DNA from: Malacoraja senta
Lineage: Eukaryota
Direction of reading: 5' to 3'
Assembly (NCBI GenBank): GCA_038087875.1
Contig: CM075992.1
Span: forward strand, 12,092,001 to 12,156,000
DNA: 64,000 nucleotides
The notes beneath the pieces were generated by a model. It had not been told where the DNA came from, searched no databases, and saw only the letters and a list, made by a program, of their open reading frames with translations. Within the stretch, counting starts at the first letter, position 1; each line of letters begins with the position of its first letter. This document shows, piece after piece, positions 1 to 11,730 of this stretch. A program made the translations under genes and the position numbers.

Positions 1-631
1 GGCAGACCCTCACCAAATACAAGTTAATTGACCACTATTTGGCAGTTGAAAAAGGAAGACAGAAAAGATTATGGCAACCAAGAGAAAACAGAATATGTTT
101 GACAGATGAGGTTGAAACAGGGGTGCACTTCCTCCTAAAATGCAAACAATTTGACAAATCAAGGAAAACTTACTTTGACAAACTCAGTCTGGCAACCCCT
201 GATTTTGAAGAACTGGCTGATACATCAAAACTAAGAATAATCCTTGGTGAAGGAAATACGGCACACCTTGGTGCACAATATGTAACAGCATGCCATAACC
301 TGAGAGACGGTGAATGACCAATATGCACGTCTGCATGCACACACTAATTTACATTAACTGACATTATGAAATTAATATTGAATTGCTAAACTTGCTATTC
401 TGTTGCATTGCTTACAGCTGCAAGAACGTGTAGCAATCAATAAAGGGCTATAGGCCTATTGCGAGTTTATGTACAGGGATATATCTATCCATGCACTGTA
501 TACTTGTATTTATATTGATGCATTTTAAATATGTATGTCATGTTTTATACTTTGGCAATATAACGATGTATTTTATCATGCCAATAAAGTTGTTAAAGTT
601 GTTAAATTGAATTGAAATTGAAAATTGAATT
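1..631 (+). mobile_element. Non-LTR retrotransposon 3' end (RTE-X-like)
   Basis: ORF2 C-terminal motif H.LAVEKGR...RIC...EVET..HFLLKC, then 3' UTR ending ttggca...tgccAATAAA and (TTGAA)n tail running into (GA)n. Confidence 0.6.
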
Positions 632-875
632 GAGAGAGGGGAGAGAGTGAGAGAGAGAGAGGCAGAGAGTGAGAGTGAGAGAGAAATGGAGAGAGGGAAA
701 TAGTGAGAGCGAGAGAGAGAGAGGGAGAGAGGGAGAGAGAGATGGAGAGAGAATAGAGAGAGATATGGTGAGAGAGAGATGGAGAGAGAGAGAGAGATGG
801 AGAGAGAGAGAGAGAGAGTAGGGAGATATATAGTGAGAGAGAGACAGAGAGAGAGAGAGGGAGTGAGAGAAAAGG

Positions 876-906
<31 letters not shown>

Positions 907-923
907 TAGAGACACAGTCACAG

Positions 924-1016
<93 letters not shown>

Positions 1017-1026
1017 GAGAGAGGGA
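632..1026. repeat. Compound (GA)n/(TA)n microsatellite
   Basis: Directly visible. Confidence 0.97.
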
Positions 1027-1302
1027 GCTCAGCACTGGTGCCATGGGTCTGGTCCTTGCCCCTGGTGTGATCTCATGGAGGTGGCGATCAGTGGTGATCT
1101 CAGAGTCACCGCGCGGGGAGACATGTGAAGGGGGAGACTTCCCGCCTGGTTCTCGGCGGGTTCATGAGTGGAGTCAACATCTCCAACACCTGAAGATCCA
1201 TGTCCCCGTTGTACCACAGCTGGTATCCCCCAGTCCACAGCCCAGTGTGGACTTTAGAGAACTCCCACGAGCTTCACAACCCTGGACATCCAAACTTGTC
1301 CT

Positions 1303-1437
1303 GTTCATAAGTGATTGAAGCAGAATTAGGCCATTCAGCCCATCAAGTCTACTCTGCCATTTAATCATGGCTGATCTATCTCTCCCTCCTATCCCCAGTC
1401 TCCTGCCTTCTCCCCATAACCCCTGACACCCGTACTA
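1303..1437 (-). mobile_element. CR1 LINE 3' UTR fragment
   Basis: Reverse complement of the CR1 3' end seen at 3910-4020. Confidence 0.75.
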
Positions 1438-1505
1438 AACATGGAGACAGAGAGAGAGAGTTCCCCTTCTCCTGGCCACTTGGGTCTCAGGCAGCACCAT
1501 TTCTG

Positions 1506-1807
1506 TGGTGGCGCAGCGGTAGAGTTGCTGCCTGACAGCGCCAGGGACCGGGTTCAATCCTGACTCCGGATCTGTCTTTTTGGAGTTTGTACGTTCTCCC
1601 CGTGACCTGCGCGGGGTTTCTCCAGGTGCTCCGATCTCCACCCACACTCCAAAGAAGTGCAGGTTTGTTGATAAATTTAATTGTCTTGGTATAGTTGTAA
1701 ATTGTCCCTAGGATAGTGTTAGTGTGCAGGGATCGCTGGTCGGCGCGGACTCGGTGGGCTGAAGGGCCTGTTTCCGCGCGTTATCTCTAAACTAAACTAA
1801 ACTAAAT
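1506..1807 (+). mobile_element. HE1-type tRNA-derived V-SINE
   Basis: A box tggcgcagcgg, B box ggttcaatcc, V-domain (gttctccccgtg...cccacactccaaag), CR1-like tail gaagggcctgtttcc and (CTAAA)n. Confidence 0.85.
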
Positions 1808-2219
1808 TGAGAGTGGCTTCACTCTGGATGCAGGAGTGGTACTGAGTGAGTGATGTTTGCAGCCTCACTCACACAGCCACGACCACTGAGCCAGTCCTTT
1901 GTGGCTTCATTTGTAAACCAGCATCTGCAGTTCCTCGTTTCTACAGTGATGATTGTTGCTCAATATTAAAATTCCATCAGCAATAGCCATCATCCAGAAT
2001 CCATGACCCCCCACTGATACTTTGGGTGAAGATACGGTAATATATTAATACCGTAAATATTAAGTTTCAGTAATTTATATCTACGGGCCAGTATAGATGT
2101 AGTTGCAGAATGGTCTGTAGTGTTACTGATGGCAGGGATAAACTGCAGCTCTGTACTAAAGGACTAACAACAGCATCAATCTTGTGTGCAGCTGTGGTCA
2201 CCCCTTTACAGGAAGGATG

Positions 2220-2468
2220 TTTAGATTGGAGATACAGCACGGTAACAGGTCCTTCTGCCCACCGAGTCCGCGCCGACCAGCGATCCCCGCACACTAACAC
2301 ACACTAGGGACATTTTTAACTTACACTAAGCCAATTAACCTACAAACCTGTACGTCTTTGGTGTGTGGGAGGAAACCAAAGATCTCGGAGAAAACCCAAG
2401 CAGGTCACGGGGAGAACGGACAAACTCCGTACAGACAGCACCCGTAATCGGGATCAAACCCAGGTCTC
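2220..2468 (-). mobile_element. HE1-type SINE, 5' truncated
   Basis: Reverse complement of 1506-1807 family. Confidence 0.85.
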
Positions 2469-3175
2469 TTGTATATTAATGATTTGGACGAGGAGATTGA
2501 AGGATTTGTGACCAAGTTTGTGGATGATAGAAAAATAGGTGGTGGGGCAGGTAGTGTAGAGAAAGCAGGGACTCTACAGAAGGACTTGGACAGGTTGGGA
2601 GAGTGGACAGAGAAGTGGCAGATGGAATATAGTGTAGCAAAGTGTGGACTCATGCATTTTGGTAATAGGAATAAAGGCGTAGACTATTTTCTAAGTGGGG
2701 AGAGAATCCAGAAATAAGAGGTGCAAAGGGACATGGGAATGCTGGTGCAGGATACCCAAAAAGTTAATCTGCAAGTCGAATCAGTAGCAAAGAAAGCAAA
2801 CTCAATGCAAGCATTTATTTCAAGAGGGCTTGTATACAAAAACAGGGATGTAATGCTGAGGCTCTATAAGGTGCTGGTAAGACTGCATTTGGAATATTGT
2901 GAGCAATTTTAGGCACCATATCTGAGGAAGGATGTGCTGGCTCTGGAGAGGATCCAGAGGAGTTGCACAGGAACAATGGCAGGAATGAGTAGGTTACCCT
3001 ATGATGAGTGTTTGTCGGCACTGGGCCTGTACTCGCTGGAGTTTAGAAGAATGAGGGGGGACCTCATAAAAACGTACAGAATAGTGAAAGGCTTGGATAG
3101 AGTGGATGTGGAGAGGATGTTTCCACTAGTAGGAGAGTCTAGGACTAGAGGTCATAGCCTCAGAATTAGAGGACC
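2469..3175 (+). mobile_element. CR1 LINE ORF2 RT fragment
   Basis: YINDLD, KF(V)DD, LGLYSLEFRRMRGDLI motifs; stops and frameshifts. Confidence 0.92.
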
Positions 3176-3187
3176 CGTTGAGTATCA

Positions 3188-3620
3188 TGTAGAGGAAGGA
3201 ACTGCAGATGGTGGTTTACACCGAAGATAGACACAAAATGCAGAAGTAACTCAACTGGACAGGAAGCAACTCTGGAGATAATGAATAGGTGACGTTTCAG
3301 GTCGAAATCCTTCTTCAGACTGAGAGTCAGGGGAGAGGGAGACTAGAGGAATGAAAAGGTACAAAGAACAAATTGGAGCCGGCACCGATGGCCAAGAGAA
3401 GGTGGAGCCCACAATGGTCCATTGGCTGTGGAAGAGATGATTACCAAGGGATACGAACAGTGAAACTAGCAGGATGACTAGGGTGGGGGAGGGACAGAGA
3501 GAGGGAGGGCACAGGTTACTTGAAGTTAGAGAAATCTAGATTCATACTGCTGGGGTGCGAGCTGCCCAAGCAAAATATGAGGTGCTGTTCCCCCAATTTG
3601 CATTTAGCCTCATTCTGACT
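3188..3620 (-). mobile_element. Penelope-like element 3' end (EN C-terminus + pseudo-LTR with hammerhead motif at 3288-3322)
   Basis: EQHLIFCLGSSHPSSMN.DFS peptide on minus; ctgaagaaggatttcgacctgaaacgtc on minus. Confidence 0.85.
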
Positions 3621-3689
3621 ACAGACCCTCGAGTCCTGGCAACATCCTTGTAAATCTCCTCTCAACCCTTTCCAGCTGAACAACATAGT

Positions 3690-4020
3690 ATGCAAGGCCT
3701 GGATGGAGTGGATGTGGAGAGGATGTTTCCACCAGTGGGAGAGTCCAGGACCAGAGGGCACACCCTCAAAATAAAAGGACATACCTTTAGGAAGGAGATG
3801 AGGAGGAATTTCTTTAGTCAGAGGGTGGTGAATCTGTGGAATTTATTGCCACAAAGTCTGTGGAGGACAAGTCAGTGGATATTTTTAAGGCAGAGATAGA
3901 TAGATTCTTGATTAGTACAGGTGTTAGGGGTTATGGGGAGAAGGCAGGAGAATGGGGTTAGGAGGGAGGGATAGATCAGCCGTGATTTAATGGTGGAGTA
4001 GACTTGATGGGAAGAATGGC
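3690..4020 (+). mobile_element. CR1 LINE 3' fragment
   Basis: RRNFFSQRVVNLWN motif and CR1 3' UTR. Confidence 0.9.
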
Positions 4021-4289
4021 CCGTACAGACAGCACCCATGGTCATGATGGAACCTGGGTCTTTGGGCGCTGTGAGGCAGCAACTCTACCGCTGCGCCACC
4101 GTGCCACCCCTATGGGTGCCCAGGTTGGGTGCCTGAAACCTGCTGGGGGGAGGGGGGAGGGGAGGGGGAGGGGGAGAGGGGTGGTGGTGGGGACAGATAT
4201 GATAACAGTGATTTAAAGACTTTGGATGTACAGGGAATCAAGGGATGTGGATCGCGTGCAGGTAGATGAGAGTTGCTGCCCGGAATTTA

Positions 4290-5600
4290 CATCACCAACA
4301 AAAGGCAGGAGTAGTCAGTCTCGCTCTTCCCCACGACCGAAGGGGAGGAGTTGTACAGTTTGATAGCCACAGGGAACAAGGATCTCCTGTGACATTCTGT
4401 GCTGCATCTTGGTGGAACCAGTCTGTTGCTGAAGGTGCTCCTCAGGTTGACCAGTGTGTCATGGAGGGGGTGAGCTGTATTGTCCAGGATGCTCCACAGT
4501 TTGAGGAGCATCCTCCCCTCCAAGACAAGCTCCCATAAATCCAACTCCACCTCCAGGATGGAGCCAGCCTTCCTGATGAGTTTGTTGATCCTATTGCCGT
4601 CCGTGTGTCCGTCTGTGTCCGTGTACGTATCTGCAGTGATTCAGCCAACACCATTCAACAGTCATTGACTACACTTCTGTATTCAGCTTCCATCCCCTCA
4701 CTGATGCAGCCCACAATTGCAGAGACAGACGAACACTTCTGCAGGTGGCAGGAGTCCGGGTTATATCTGAAGGTGTAAATGGTGAACAGGAAGGGAGAGA
4801 GGACCAGCCCTTGTGGGGCCCCTGTGTTGCTCACTACCATGTCCGAGACACAGTTCTATAGCCTGTCACAATGTGGTCGGCCAGTCAGGTAGTTGGTGAT
4901 CCAGGACACCAATGGAGCATCCACCGGCATCCTCATCAGTTTGCTCCCTAGCAGTGCAGGCTGGATGGTGGTAAAAGCACTGGAGAAGTAAAAAAACATG
5001 ACTCTCACATTGCTTCCTGGCTTATCCAGTTGCACATACGACCGATGGAGCAGGTGGATGATGGCGTCCTCAACCCCCATCTTTGTTTGGTAAGCGAACT
5101 GCAGGGGGTCCAGGAATGGTGTAACCAGGGGTCACAGGTGAGTGAGCACCAGCCTCTCCAGGGACTTCATGACGTGTGAAGTCAGGGCCAGCAGTCTGTA
5201 GCCATTGAAGGATTTGGGCTGTGTCCTCTTTGGTACAAGAACCAGGCAGGATGTCTTCTACATCACAGGAACCCTCTCAAGGCTCAGGTTGAAGATATGC
5301 TGGAGTATATGGTATATAGGTAAATGGACGAGAAAGGAATGGAGGGTTATGGTCTGAGTGCAGGTAGATGGGACTAGGTGAGAATAAGTGTTTGGCACGG
5401 ACTAGAAGGGCCGAGATGGCCTGTTTCCGTGCTGTAATTGTTATATGGTTATATGTTATATGGAGTACTCTGCACAACTGGCTGGCTCACACCTTGACTA
5501 CTCTAGGGCTGACACCACCAGGACCCGTGGCTTTGCCAGAGCAGTCTGCTCAGCTCTTTTCTCACTTGCTCAGCCATGATGGTCAGGTGCCACAAAGAAA
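4290..5600 (-). mobile_element. Rex1/Babar LINE RT fragment (CR1 3' tail inserted at about 5314-5460)
   Basis: GVEDAI..LLH, FSSAF.TIQP, TGAPQG.VLSPFLFTIYT, HPLH...RRS.FP.AIKLYN motifs. Confidence 0.88.
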
Positions 5601-5631
5601 GGGCAGAGGAAGTAGATGTTGGGTACATGGA

Positions 5632-5830
5632 AGGTAGACAAAAATGCTGGAGAAACTCAGTGGGTGAGGCAGCATCTATGGAGTGAAGGAAATAGGAATT
5701 CAGTCTGAAGAAGGGTTTCGACCCGAAGCGTTGCCTATTTCTTTCGCTCCATAGATGCTGCCTCACCCGCTGTTTCTCCAGCATTTTTGTCTATCTTCGA
5801 TTTTCCAGCATCTGCAGTTCCTTCTTAAAC
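5632..5830. mobile_element. Mini Penelope fold-back (inverted pLTR pieces) with hammerhead motif
   Basis: Left arm is reverse complement of right arm; ctgaagaagggtttcgacccgaagcg at 5705-5730; TSD atgtt(gg/at)gtacatgga 5616-5631 and 5831-5846. Confidence 0.85.
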
Positions 5831-6728
5831 ATGTTATGTACATGGATTTCAGTAAGGCATTCGACAAGGTTCCGCATGGTAGGCTGCTCCTGAAGGTCAG
5901 ATCGCATGGGGTCCAATGAGAGATAGCTGAAAGGATAGCAAATTGGCTCCATGTAAGGAAGCAGAGGTTGATAGTGGAAGGTTGCTTCTCGGACTGGAGG
6001 GCTGTGACTAGTGGTGTGCCTCAGGGTTCGGTGCTGGGCCCATTACTGTTTGTCATATACATCAATGGTTTGCGTGAGAACATACAGGGCAAGATTAGCA
6101 AGTTTGCTGATGATACAAAAGTGAGTGGTTTTGCAGATAGTGAAGATGGTTGTGAAAGATTGTAGCAGGATCTGGATCGATTGGCCAGGTGGGCGGAGGA
6201 ATGGTTGATGGAATTTAATACAGAGGAATGTGAGGTGTTGCATTTTGTGATGTCAAACAAGGGCAGGACCTACACAGTAAATAGGAGGCCTGTGGGTGGT
6301 GTTGTAGAGCAGAGGGAGCAAGGAGTACAGAACATGGTTCCTTGAGGGTCGAGTCGCAGGTAGTCAAAAAGGCTTTTGGCACTTTGGCCTTCATCATTCA
6401 GAATATTGAATATAGAAGTTGGGAGGTCATGTTGCAGTCGTATAAGACGTTGGTGGGACCGCGTTTAGAATATTGTGTTCAGTTCTGGGCACCATGTTAC
6501 AGGAAAATATTGTCAAGCTTGAAACGGTTCAGAAATGATTTACGAGGATGTTGCCAGGACTAGAGGGTGTGAGCTATAGGGAGAGGTTGAATAGGCTGGG
6601 TCTCTATTCCAAGGAGCGTAGGAGGATGAGGGGGGATCTTGTAGAGGTGTACAAAATCATGAGAGGAATAGATTGGGTTGATGCACAGAGTCTCTTGCCC
6701 AGAGTAGGGGAATCGAGTACCAGAGGAA
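5831..6728 (+). mobile_element. CR1 LINE RT fragment
   Basis: SGVPQGSVLGPLLF.IYIN, KFADDTK, RMRGDL motifs. Confidence 0.92.
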
Positions 6729-6730
6729 AT

Positions 6731-7210
6731 ACAAAGGACAAAGGACATTTATTGTCACATACACCATTTTTCGGTCGAAGCTCCTGCGGCTTGGAGCTCC
6801 CGATGTCGCTCTCTAACCAGGGACCACGAGTTCCACGATGTTAAAGTCCGCAGGCTCCTGCGGTTGGAGCTCCAAAGTCGATCCCCCGACAGGGGTCGCG
6901 AGCTCCACGATGTTAAGTCCTGCAGGCTCCCGCGGTTGGAGCTTCCGAAGTCGGTCTCCAGCAGAGGCCACCAGCTCCTCAATGTTAGGCCGCAGTGCGG
7001 ACAGAGATATCATACAGGAAAAAATTGCATCTACGTCAGGATAAGAGGTTAAAAAGGTTCCCCCCATCACTGTCCCCCCCCCCCACCCCCACATCAGCTA
7101 AGCTAAAGAACATTAAAACATACATTTAACACATACAAAGAAAACAACAAAGAAGGAAGGGATAAGACAGACTGTTGGCGAGGCAGCCATTGCTGGCGCC
7201 ACCTGGTGGT
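6731..7210 (-). mobile_element. GC-rich non-autonomous retroelement with three 72-bp internal repeats and Rex-like tail
   Basis: Minus-strand head ggtggcgcc..atggctgcc, T-rich tract, G run; tail gtatgtgacAATAAA(tgtcctt)n; same layout as 55612-56482. Confidence 0.7.
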
Positions 7211-7551
7211 TCAGAGATGCTGCCTGAGTCACTTCAGCTATTTGTGTCTTTATGGTTTAAAGAAGATAGACACAAATATCTGGAGTCACTCTGGAGAGAA
7301 GGAATGGGTGACGTTTTCTCCTTTTAAAGACCATGCTCCACTCGTAATTAGAAAAATACGTTGACAATCTCTGTGTACAGGGTATTGTGAGCAACTCATT
7401 GGGTTTCTGGAGAGAGATAGGATTGAGAACCATTGGAAATATTATGTTATTTTCTACACAAAGATATGACAAATTACTGAAGCTATGTGACATTTTATTC
7501 CCTGTTTTTAATGCTGCTGCTGCTGACTTTCCTGCTCCTCCATTTTCAAAG

Positions 7552-7672
7552 AAATTCATCATGCAAGCAATCCGGAACAGCACGATCCCAAACGATAACA
7601 GATCAAAGTTATCCACTGGCAATAACAGCCTGAACATTGGCTGGAAGAGCGTGGCAGGGAAAGAGAATTTTG
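7552..7672 (+). CDS. ADGRE-like exon, GAIN domain segment
   Basis: ctgac branch-like motif + pyrimidine tract + ag (7550-7551); donor G|gtaagt at 7673; peptide KFIMQAIRNSTIPNDNRSKLSTGNNSLNIGWKSVAGKENFG resembles the CD97/EMR GAIN exon ending in (L/I)xW...G, phase 1. Confidence 0.65.
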
Positions 7673-8282
7673 GTAAGTCCAAGCGCAGCGTCAACCCTAT
7701 TCATGGCTTTTGCCATCTCATTGTAAGCTAAAGTATTACTTTTGATGTAGTTTCCTTTGTTAGACAGGCGAATGCCTCATTCTTTACTCCTAATACATGG
7801 GGGAAATTTCCAGATAACGGGGAAGGAGAGTGCACAATATAAATGCCTCATTATCCATCAATAATATCCGGATATTATGGAGCATCATTTGTGATGTGTA
7901 GGACAGGTTCAGGAGATTTCAGAAACAAGCCCTTTACCCACCGTCTTTTTACCCAGAGGACATGGGTTTAAGTTGAGAAGGGAATGATTTTATTGGAACC
8001 GCGATCATCCTTTTCACAAAGAGGAGTGGTGAGTATATGGAATGAGCTGCCAGGGAAGGTACTTGAGGCAAGCAGAATAACAACATTTAATAGAGACTTA
8101 GAGAGATACCTGGATAGAAAAAGTTAAGAGGGATATGGACCAGGTGTTGGCAAATGGGACTACCTTAGATCAGGGTTCTTGGTCAGTATGGGCAAGATGG
8201 GCCAAAGGGCTTGTGTCCGTACTATATGACTCTATGAAATGGTTAATGTAGGAATAGATCAGATTGGAGACAATCTGGATGT

Positions 8283-9868
8283 CATAGGAAGAAACTGCAA
8301 ATGCTGGTTTAAACCGAAGATAGACACAAAATGCCGGAGTAACTCAGCGGGACAGGCAGCATCTCTGGATAGAAGGAATGGGTGATATTTCGTGTCGAGA
8401 CAATCAGGGGAGAGGGAGATACAGAGATAAGGAAATGTAAAATGTGAAAAAGAGACAAAGGTGATGGAGATGAAGGACAACGTAGAATAGATCAATGTTA
8501 GCAAGGAGAAGTTAACAACAAAGCAAACAGAGATAAAATGTAAACAAGGACAGTAAGACTGGTCGGAGAACTGGAAGGGGGGAAGGATGGAGAGAGAAGG
8601 AAGGCAAAGGTTACTTGAAGTTAGAGAAGTCAATATTCATACCGCTGGGGTGTAAGCTGCCCAAGTGAAATCTGAGTTTTTGTTCCTCTCATTTGTGCTG
8701 GGCCTCACTATGACAATGGAGGAGGCCCAGGACAGAAAGGTCAGTGTGGGAATGGGAGGAGAGTTAAAGTGTTTAGGAACCGGGAGATCAGGTAGGTTTA
8801 GGTGGACTGAGCGGAGATGTTCAGTGAAATGATCGGCGAGTCTGCGCTTGGTCTCATCGATATATACGAGTCAACACCTGGAACAGTGGATACAGTAGAT
8901 GAGGTTGGAGGAGGAACAAGTGAACCTCTGCCTCACCTGAAAAGATTGTCGGGGTCCTAGGATGGAGTCGAGGGGGGAGGTATAGGACAGGTGTTGCATC
9001 TCCTGCAGTTGCAGGGGAAGGTAACTGGGGAGGGGGTGGTTTGGTTGGGAAGGGACGAGTTAACCAGGGTGTTGCGGAGGGAATGGTGTATGTGGAAAGC
9101 GGAAAGGGTGGAGATGGGAAGATGTGGCTATTGGTGAGATCACATTGGAGGTGGTGAAAATGCCCGAGGATTATGTGCTGTTTATGTGACGGCTGTTGGG
9201 TAAAATGTGAGGACTAGGGGGACTCTGTCCCTGTTGCAACTGGGGAGGGGGGTAGCAAGAGGCGGAGCTGCAGGATATTGAGGAGACTCAGCAATGATTA
9301 AAGAGAGGAACCCCCGTTCCCTAAAGAATGAGACATCTCAGATCTCCTGGTATGGAACACTTAATCTTGGGCGCAGATACGGCGTAGACGGAGGAATTGG
9401 GAGTAGGGGATAGAGTCTCTACAGGAAGCTGGGTGAGAAAAGTGTAGTCTAGATAGCTGTGGGAGTCAGTGGGTTCACACTAAATGTCTGCTGATAGTTT
9501 ATCTCCTACAATGGAATCAGTGAGATCAGGAAATGGTTGGGAGATGTCATAGATGGTCCAAGTAAATTTGAGTGCACGATGGAAATGATTAGTAAAGTTA
9601 ATGTAGTCAGTGAGTTCTGCATGGGTGCAGGAGGTAGCACTGATGTAGTCATCAATGTAGCAGAGAGAGTTCAGGGACAGGGCCAGTGTACGTCTGGAAC
9701 AGGATTGTTCAACGTACCCTACAAAGAGGCAGGCATAGCTGGGGCCCACGCGGGTGCCCATGGCTACGCCTTGGATTTGGAGGAAGTGGGAGGAGTTGAA
9801 GAAGAAGTTATTAAGAGTAAGGACCAGCTCTGCTAGGCGAAGGGGTGTGTTGGTGGAGGGAAATTGAT
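8283..9868 (-). mobile_element. Penelope-like element (RT + GIY-YIG EN + pLTR), degraded
   Basis: MGTRVGPSYACLFVG and YIDD RT motifs (9480-9761); YI.ETKRRL...F.EH EN motif near 8820-8870; pLTR at left end. Confidence 0.9.
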
Positions 9869-10026
9869 ATTCTACATGTAAAAAAAGACTTTAATATAAA
9901 TAACAAAAAAAATTCCAGCAAGGAGGATGTTTGAGATTACAAACAAGAGGCAGTAATAGTGCCACAAAGACAGCTTTATGAATTGCTAGATTGAGAACAA
10001 ACCATCAGAAGTTGTCTTTACTAAGC

Positions 10027-10835
10027 ACATAAATCCTCCAACATTTTAGCCCCCTCCAACTGGATCCCGCTACTGGCCACATCTTCCCATCTCCACCCCT
10101 TTCTGCTTTCCGCAGAGACTGTTCCCTCTGAAACTCCCTGGTCAACTCGTCCCTTTCCACCCAAACCACCCTCTCCCGAGAAACTTTCCCCTGCATCCGA
10201 AGGAGATGCAACACCTGTCCCTTTACCTCCCCCCACGTCTCCATCCAAGGACCCAAACAGTGTTTCCTGGTGAGGCACAGGTTCACTTGCACCTCCTCCA
10301 ACCTCATATACTGTGTCCGCTGTTCCAGATGCGAACTTCTCTATATCAGCGAGACCAAGCGCCGGCTCGGCGATCAGGTGTTTCGCTGAACACCTCCGCT
10401 CAGTCCGTCAAAACCTACCTGATCTCCCGGTGGCTCAGTACTTCAACTTCCCCTCCCATTCCCAATCTGACCTTTCTGTCCTGGGGGCTCCTTCATTGTC
10501 AGAGTGAGGCCCAGCGCAAATTGGAGGAACATCACCTCATATTTTGCTTGGGTAGCTTACACCCCAGCAGTATGAACATTGACTTCTCTACTTCAGATAT
10601 CCCTAGCTTTCCCTCTCTCTCCCCTCCCCTTCCCAGTTCTCCCACTAGTCTTACTGTTTCCGACAACATTCTATCTTTGTCCTACCCCCTCCCGAGACAG
10701 CAGTCTGAAGAAGGGTCTCGACCCGAAATGTCACCCATACCTTCTCTCCAGTGATGCTGCCTGTACCGTTGAGTTACTCCAGCATTTTGTGTCTACCTTC
10801 AATTTAAACCAGCATCTGCAGTTCTTTCCTACACA
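10027..10835 (+). mobile_element. Penelope-like element 3' part (GIY-YIG EN + pLTR)
   Basis: C..RRCNTC, YISETKRRLGD, FAEHL, EEHHLIFCLG motifs followed by pLTR. Confidence 0.9.
10702..10736 (+). ncRNA. Minimal type I hammerhead ribozyme motif in Penelope pLTR
   Basis: CTGAAGA-a-GGGTC tc GACCC-GAAA-tGTC: conserved core boxes flanking a 5-bp helix II; helix III minimal (C>T change vs other copies). Confidence 0.7.
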
Positions 10836-11279
10836 TAAATCCCCATGCTCTGTTACTTGGTTTGATGTTGAGAGCTTGGATTGGTCAGTCTTATTTCTAC
10901 CACAGTGTCTCCCTACAAGTAACTGTATTCAATGTTTTCCCTTCCTGTTGACAGAAATTAAATCCAATCCAATCTCAAATATCCAAAGTTCACACTAACC
11001 ATTGGTCATCCATTCACATTAGTTTTATGCTATCCTACTTTTGCATCCACTCCCTACACACCAGGGGCAATGTATGAAGACCGATTAACATGGAACATTC
11101 AACAATACAACACAAGAGAGACCCTTTGGCCCACAATGTCTGCACTGAACATGATGCCAAGACACTTATCTGTCTACACATAATTCATATCTCTCCATTC
11201 CCTGCATATCCATGTGCCTATGTAAAAGTCTCTTAAATGCCATCTTTGTGTCTGCCTCCACCACCACCATCCTCAGCAG

Positions 11280-11460
11280 TAAACTACAACCTATAAACCT
11301 ACAAACTTACATATCTTTGCAATATTGGAAATAGCAGGAGCACCCAGAGAAAACTCACACAGTCACAGGAAGAATGGAAAACTCCACACAGACAGCACCC
11401 GGGGTCAGGATCGAACCTGGGTTTCTGGTGCTGTGAGGAAGCAACTCTACCAGCTGCACC
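11280..11460 (-). mobile_element. HE1-type SINE, diverged
   Basis: Reverse complement tRNA head (caggatcgaacc) and V-domain. Confidence 0.7.
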
Positions 11461-11730
11461 AAAGTGCGATGCATTAGCATTATTTCAAAATCAGAGATCA
11501 TCCAGTCACAGCAAGAATGAGAAGAAATTTCTTCAAGCGGTAGGTCATCACCCTCAGAGGTTCCTGTCTAATGAAGGCTGTGACTGGTCAGGTCCAGAGG
11601 GATGTTGCTGCTAGATTTGTGTCTCTGTGAATAGTGAACGGATCAATGCGAGGGATCAACCTTGTTCTCCATCTCATCTACCTGTTCACAATAGCATTGG
11701 TACAAGTGACCAACACTGTCCTTGTGGAGA

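Noticed and set aside
538..1044. 168-aa and 60-aa ORFs
   Set aside because: Translations of (GA)n/(TA)n microsatellite
1947..2036. Possible ag...gt exon upstream of the GAIN exon
   Set aside because: Stops in all three frames; the apparent acceptor is the end of a pLTR-type repeat
6781..6995. CRISPR-like repeat array
   Set aside because: Eukaryotic context, whole units are homologous with no unique spacers, no cas genes
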